Positions 62,171 through 64,000 of a DNA stretch of 64,000 nucleotides are shown piece by piece; the stretch's first letter is position 1; the number at the start of each line of letters is the position of its first letter. Under the pieces are notes generated by a model. That model worked only from the letters and a program-made list of their open reading frames with translations. It was not told where the DNA came from and searched no databases. Where the stretch lies: the NCBI GenBank assembly GCA_963514005.1, contig OY740782.1, forward strand, positions 151,032,001 to 151,096,000, given 5' to 3'. Origin of the DNA: Raja brachyura (lineage: Eukaryota). The position numbers and the translations under genes are program-made.

Positions 62171-62471
62171 TTTCTCGCACAGTAATAGACAGCGGTGTCT
62201 TCGATCCTCAGGTTCCTGGCGATCACGGTGAACATATTCGAACTGTCTTTGGACGGAGTAAATCGGCTCTTTATCCCCGGAGCATAGTACTCGCTACCAG
62301 AACTGTAGTAGGTAAGCAGCCACTCCAGCCCCTGCCCGGGGACCTGACGGACCAAAGCCATAGAGTAGCTGCTAAGAGTGAACCCGCTGGTTTGACAGGT
62401 CAGTGTGATGGAGCCTCCAGGAACGGCGGTCCCTGTCTTGGGCTGAGTTAGAACGACATCGGAATGGACAC
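62171..62471 (-). CDS. IGHV: Germline VH segment: [96 protein letters not shown]
   Basis: TTGCAG acceptor; both conserved Cys, GQGLEW and DTAVYYCAR motifs; no stops; followed directly by an RSS. Confidence 0.97.
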
Positions 62472-62646
62472 CTGCAAGTTAAAAAAGGCATGAATGGTGA
62501 GAATAAATTATTGACCATGAATCCCCCGATTCTAATTATCAATAGGAAATAAATTGGGAGGGTTCTAGAGTGGGTAGAAGGGGAACGGTGTAGTGGATAT
62601 ACCACTGAGAAACTTGCGTGAGGAATTTGTCCAACTCATTACTCAC

Positions 62647-62692
62647 GGACTATTAGCGCCAGGAACAGACTCAGTGAAACCGCCGACCTCAT
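62647..62692 (-). CDS. IGHV: IgM heavy chain leader exon (MRSAVSLSLFLALIV+1 nt)
   Basis: ATG at 62692, 15 hydrophobic codons plus 1 nt, then GTGAGT donor (62641-62646); phase 1 joins in frame to the V exon (R-V-H-S|DVVLTQ). Confidence 0.93.
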
Positions 62693-62694
62693 CC

Positions 62695-62855
62695 CGCTGG
62701 GAAGTGTGACCCGGTTTGTTTCTGTACAGAACCTCGCAACAAACCAACTGCAAGGAAGTTGGACTTCGGACCATCTTAGAGAGGATTAAATACCCGGCAA
62801 AAGAGGGTGCGGCTTTGGGCGGGACTTGTAAACCGAGAGGTGCAGCGGGCGGAGC
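62695..62855 (-). promoter_or_regulatory. Putative VH proximal promoter
   Basis: TATA-like TATTTAAT at 62785-62792 about 95 nt upstream of ATG, GGGCGG boxes near 62817 and 62847, ETS-like GGAAGT near 62700 and 62753; no ATGCAAAT octamer seen between the ATG and the gap at 63119. Confidence 0.5.
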
Positions 62856-63285
62856 TGAGACACGGCTCCCAACTCAACAGCAAGATGGACTCACGCTTTC
62901 ACATCTATTAACTGATACAGATGCACAAGAGGTTAATAAAACAGCGTGCTTTTCCGCCCCTTACACAATATAAACTCATGGTATAGTTGTAAATAAGATG
63001 GTGGAAAGATAGTGCAGGTTTTTCTTAAAATAACTTCGGAATTCCTCAAATTTATATTAAAATGCATCTGGGTGTGCGTGTGCTTGCGTGTGTGAGAGGG
63101 AGAGAGAGGAGAGGTGAGNNNNNNNNNNNNNNNNNNNNNNNNNNNNNNNNNNNNNNNNNNNNNNNNNNNNNNNNNNNNNNNNNNNNNNNNNNNNNNNNNN
63201 NNNNNNNNNNNNNNNNNNNNNNNNNNNNNNNNNNNNNNNNNNNNNNNNNNNNNNNNNNNNNNNNNNNNNNNNNNNNNNNNNNNNN

Positions 63286-63465
63286 GACACAAAATGCTGG
63301 AGAAACTCAGCGGGACAGGCAGCATCTCTGGAGACAAGGAATGTGTGACGTTTTGGGTCGAGACTCTTCTTCAGACCTCCAGAGATGCTGCCTGTCCCGC
63401 TGAGTTACTCCAGGAATTTGTGTCTAGCTTCGATTTAAAGCAGCATCTGCAGTTCTTTCCTACAC
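63286..63465. mobile_element. Penelope-derived inverted terminal-repeat pair upstream of the VH promoter
   Basis: CTCAGCGGGACAGGCAGCATCTCTGGAG followed by its reverse complement. Confidence 0.75.
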
Positions 63466-63489
63466 ATTCCAATATCAACATACATTTAT

Positions 63490-64000
63490 TTGTCACATGT
63501 CCCTCATTTCCCAATGTTCAATAGATTCAGGGGGAGTTCCTGTAGATTGGAGGATAGCTAATGTTGTCACACTTTTCAAGAAAGGAGCGAGAGAGAAAAC
63601 GGGGAATTACAGACCAGTTAGCCTGACTTCGGTGGTGGGAAAGATGCTGGAGTCGATTATTAAAGATGTTACCGCGGCACATTTGGAAAGCAATGACAGC
63701 ATTGGTCAAAGTCAGCATGGCTTTATGAAAGAGAAATCATGCTTGACTAATCTGGAATTTTTTGAGGATGTGACAAGTAAAATGGATGAAGGGGTGCCAG
63801 TGGATATAGTGTATCTAGACTTTCAGAAAGCCTTTGATAAGGTCCCACACAGGAGACTGGTGACTAAAATTAAAGCACATGGTATTAGGGGTAGGGTGTT
63901 AACATGGATAGAAAATTGGGTTGGCAGACCGGAAGCAAAGAGGAGGAGTGCCGCAAGGCTCGGTGTTGGAGCCGCGACTGTTTACCATATATAGTAATGA
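63490..64000 (+). mobile_element. CR1 RT fragment running off the window
   Basis: [29 protein letters not shown]. Confidence 0.9.

Overview
Vertebrate genomic DNA from a cartilaginous fish (probably a skate or ray, judging from the Ig sequences and repeat families). The right quarter holds one complete, unrearranged IgM heavy-chain cluster on the minus strand: leader (62647-62692), VH (62171-62471, 23-RSS), D1 (61742-61755, 12/22-RSS), D2 (61425-61432, 12/12-RSS), JH (60982-61029, 23-RSS), CH1, CH2, CH3, CH4 with secretory tailpiece, TM1 and TM2 (down to 49066). All exons are open and phase-compatible, so it looks potentially functional. The other ~48 kb is mostly nested retroelements (many CR1 LINE copies, L1, Crack/L2-type, Rex1/Babar, Penelope pieces, V-SINEs, a rearranged DIRS element) plus a 5.7-kb (GAGTTT/GAGAGTTT)n satellite and several N gaps. 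Items I found by reading the sequence directly: (1) an inverted ~170-bp duplication in the J-C intron in which both arms keep a perfect octamer, a CRE half-site and TGGGAA (candidate intronic enhancer); (2) a decayed second JH with a relic 23-RSS; (3) one, possibly two, decayed CH-like exons between the functional CH exons; (4) a GC splice donor after TM1; (5) an MHC class II-type X1-Y promoter module present twice in inverted orientation ~35 kb downstream of the Ig gene; (6) Penelope-type minimal hammerhead motifs. Repeat boundaries are by-eye estimates; no database searches were run.
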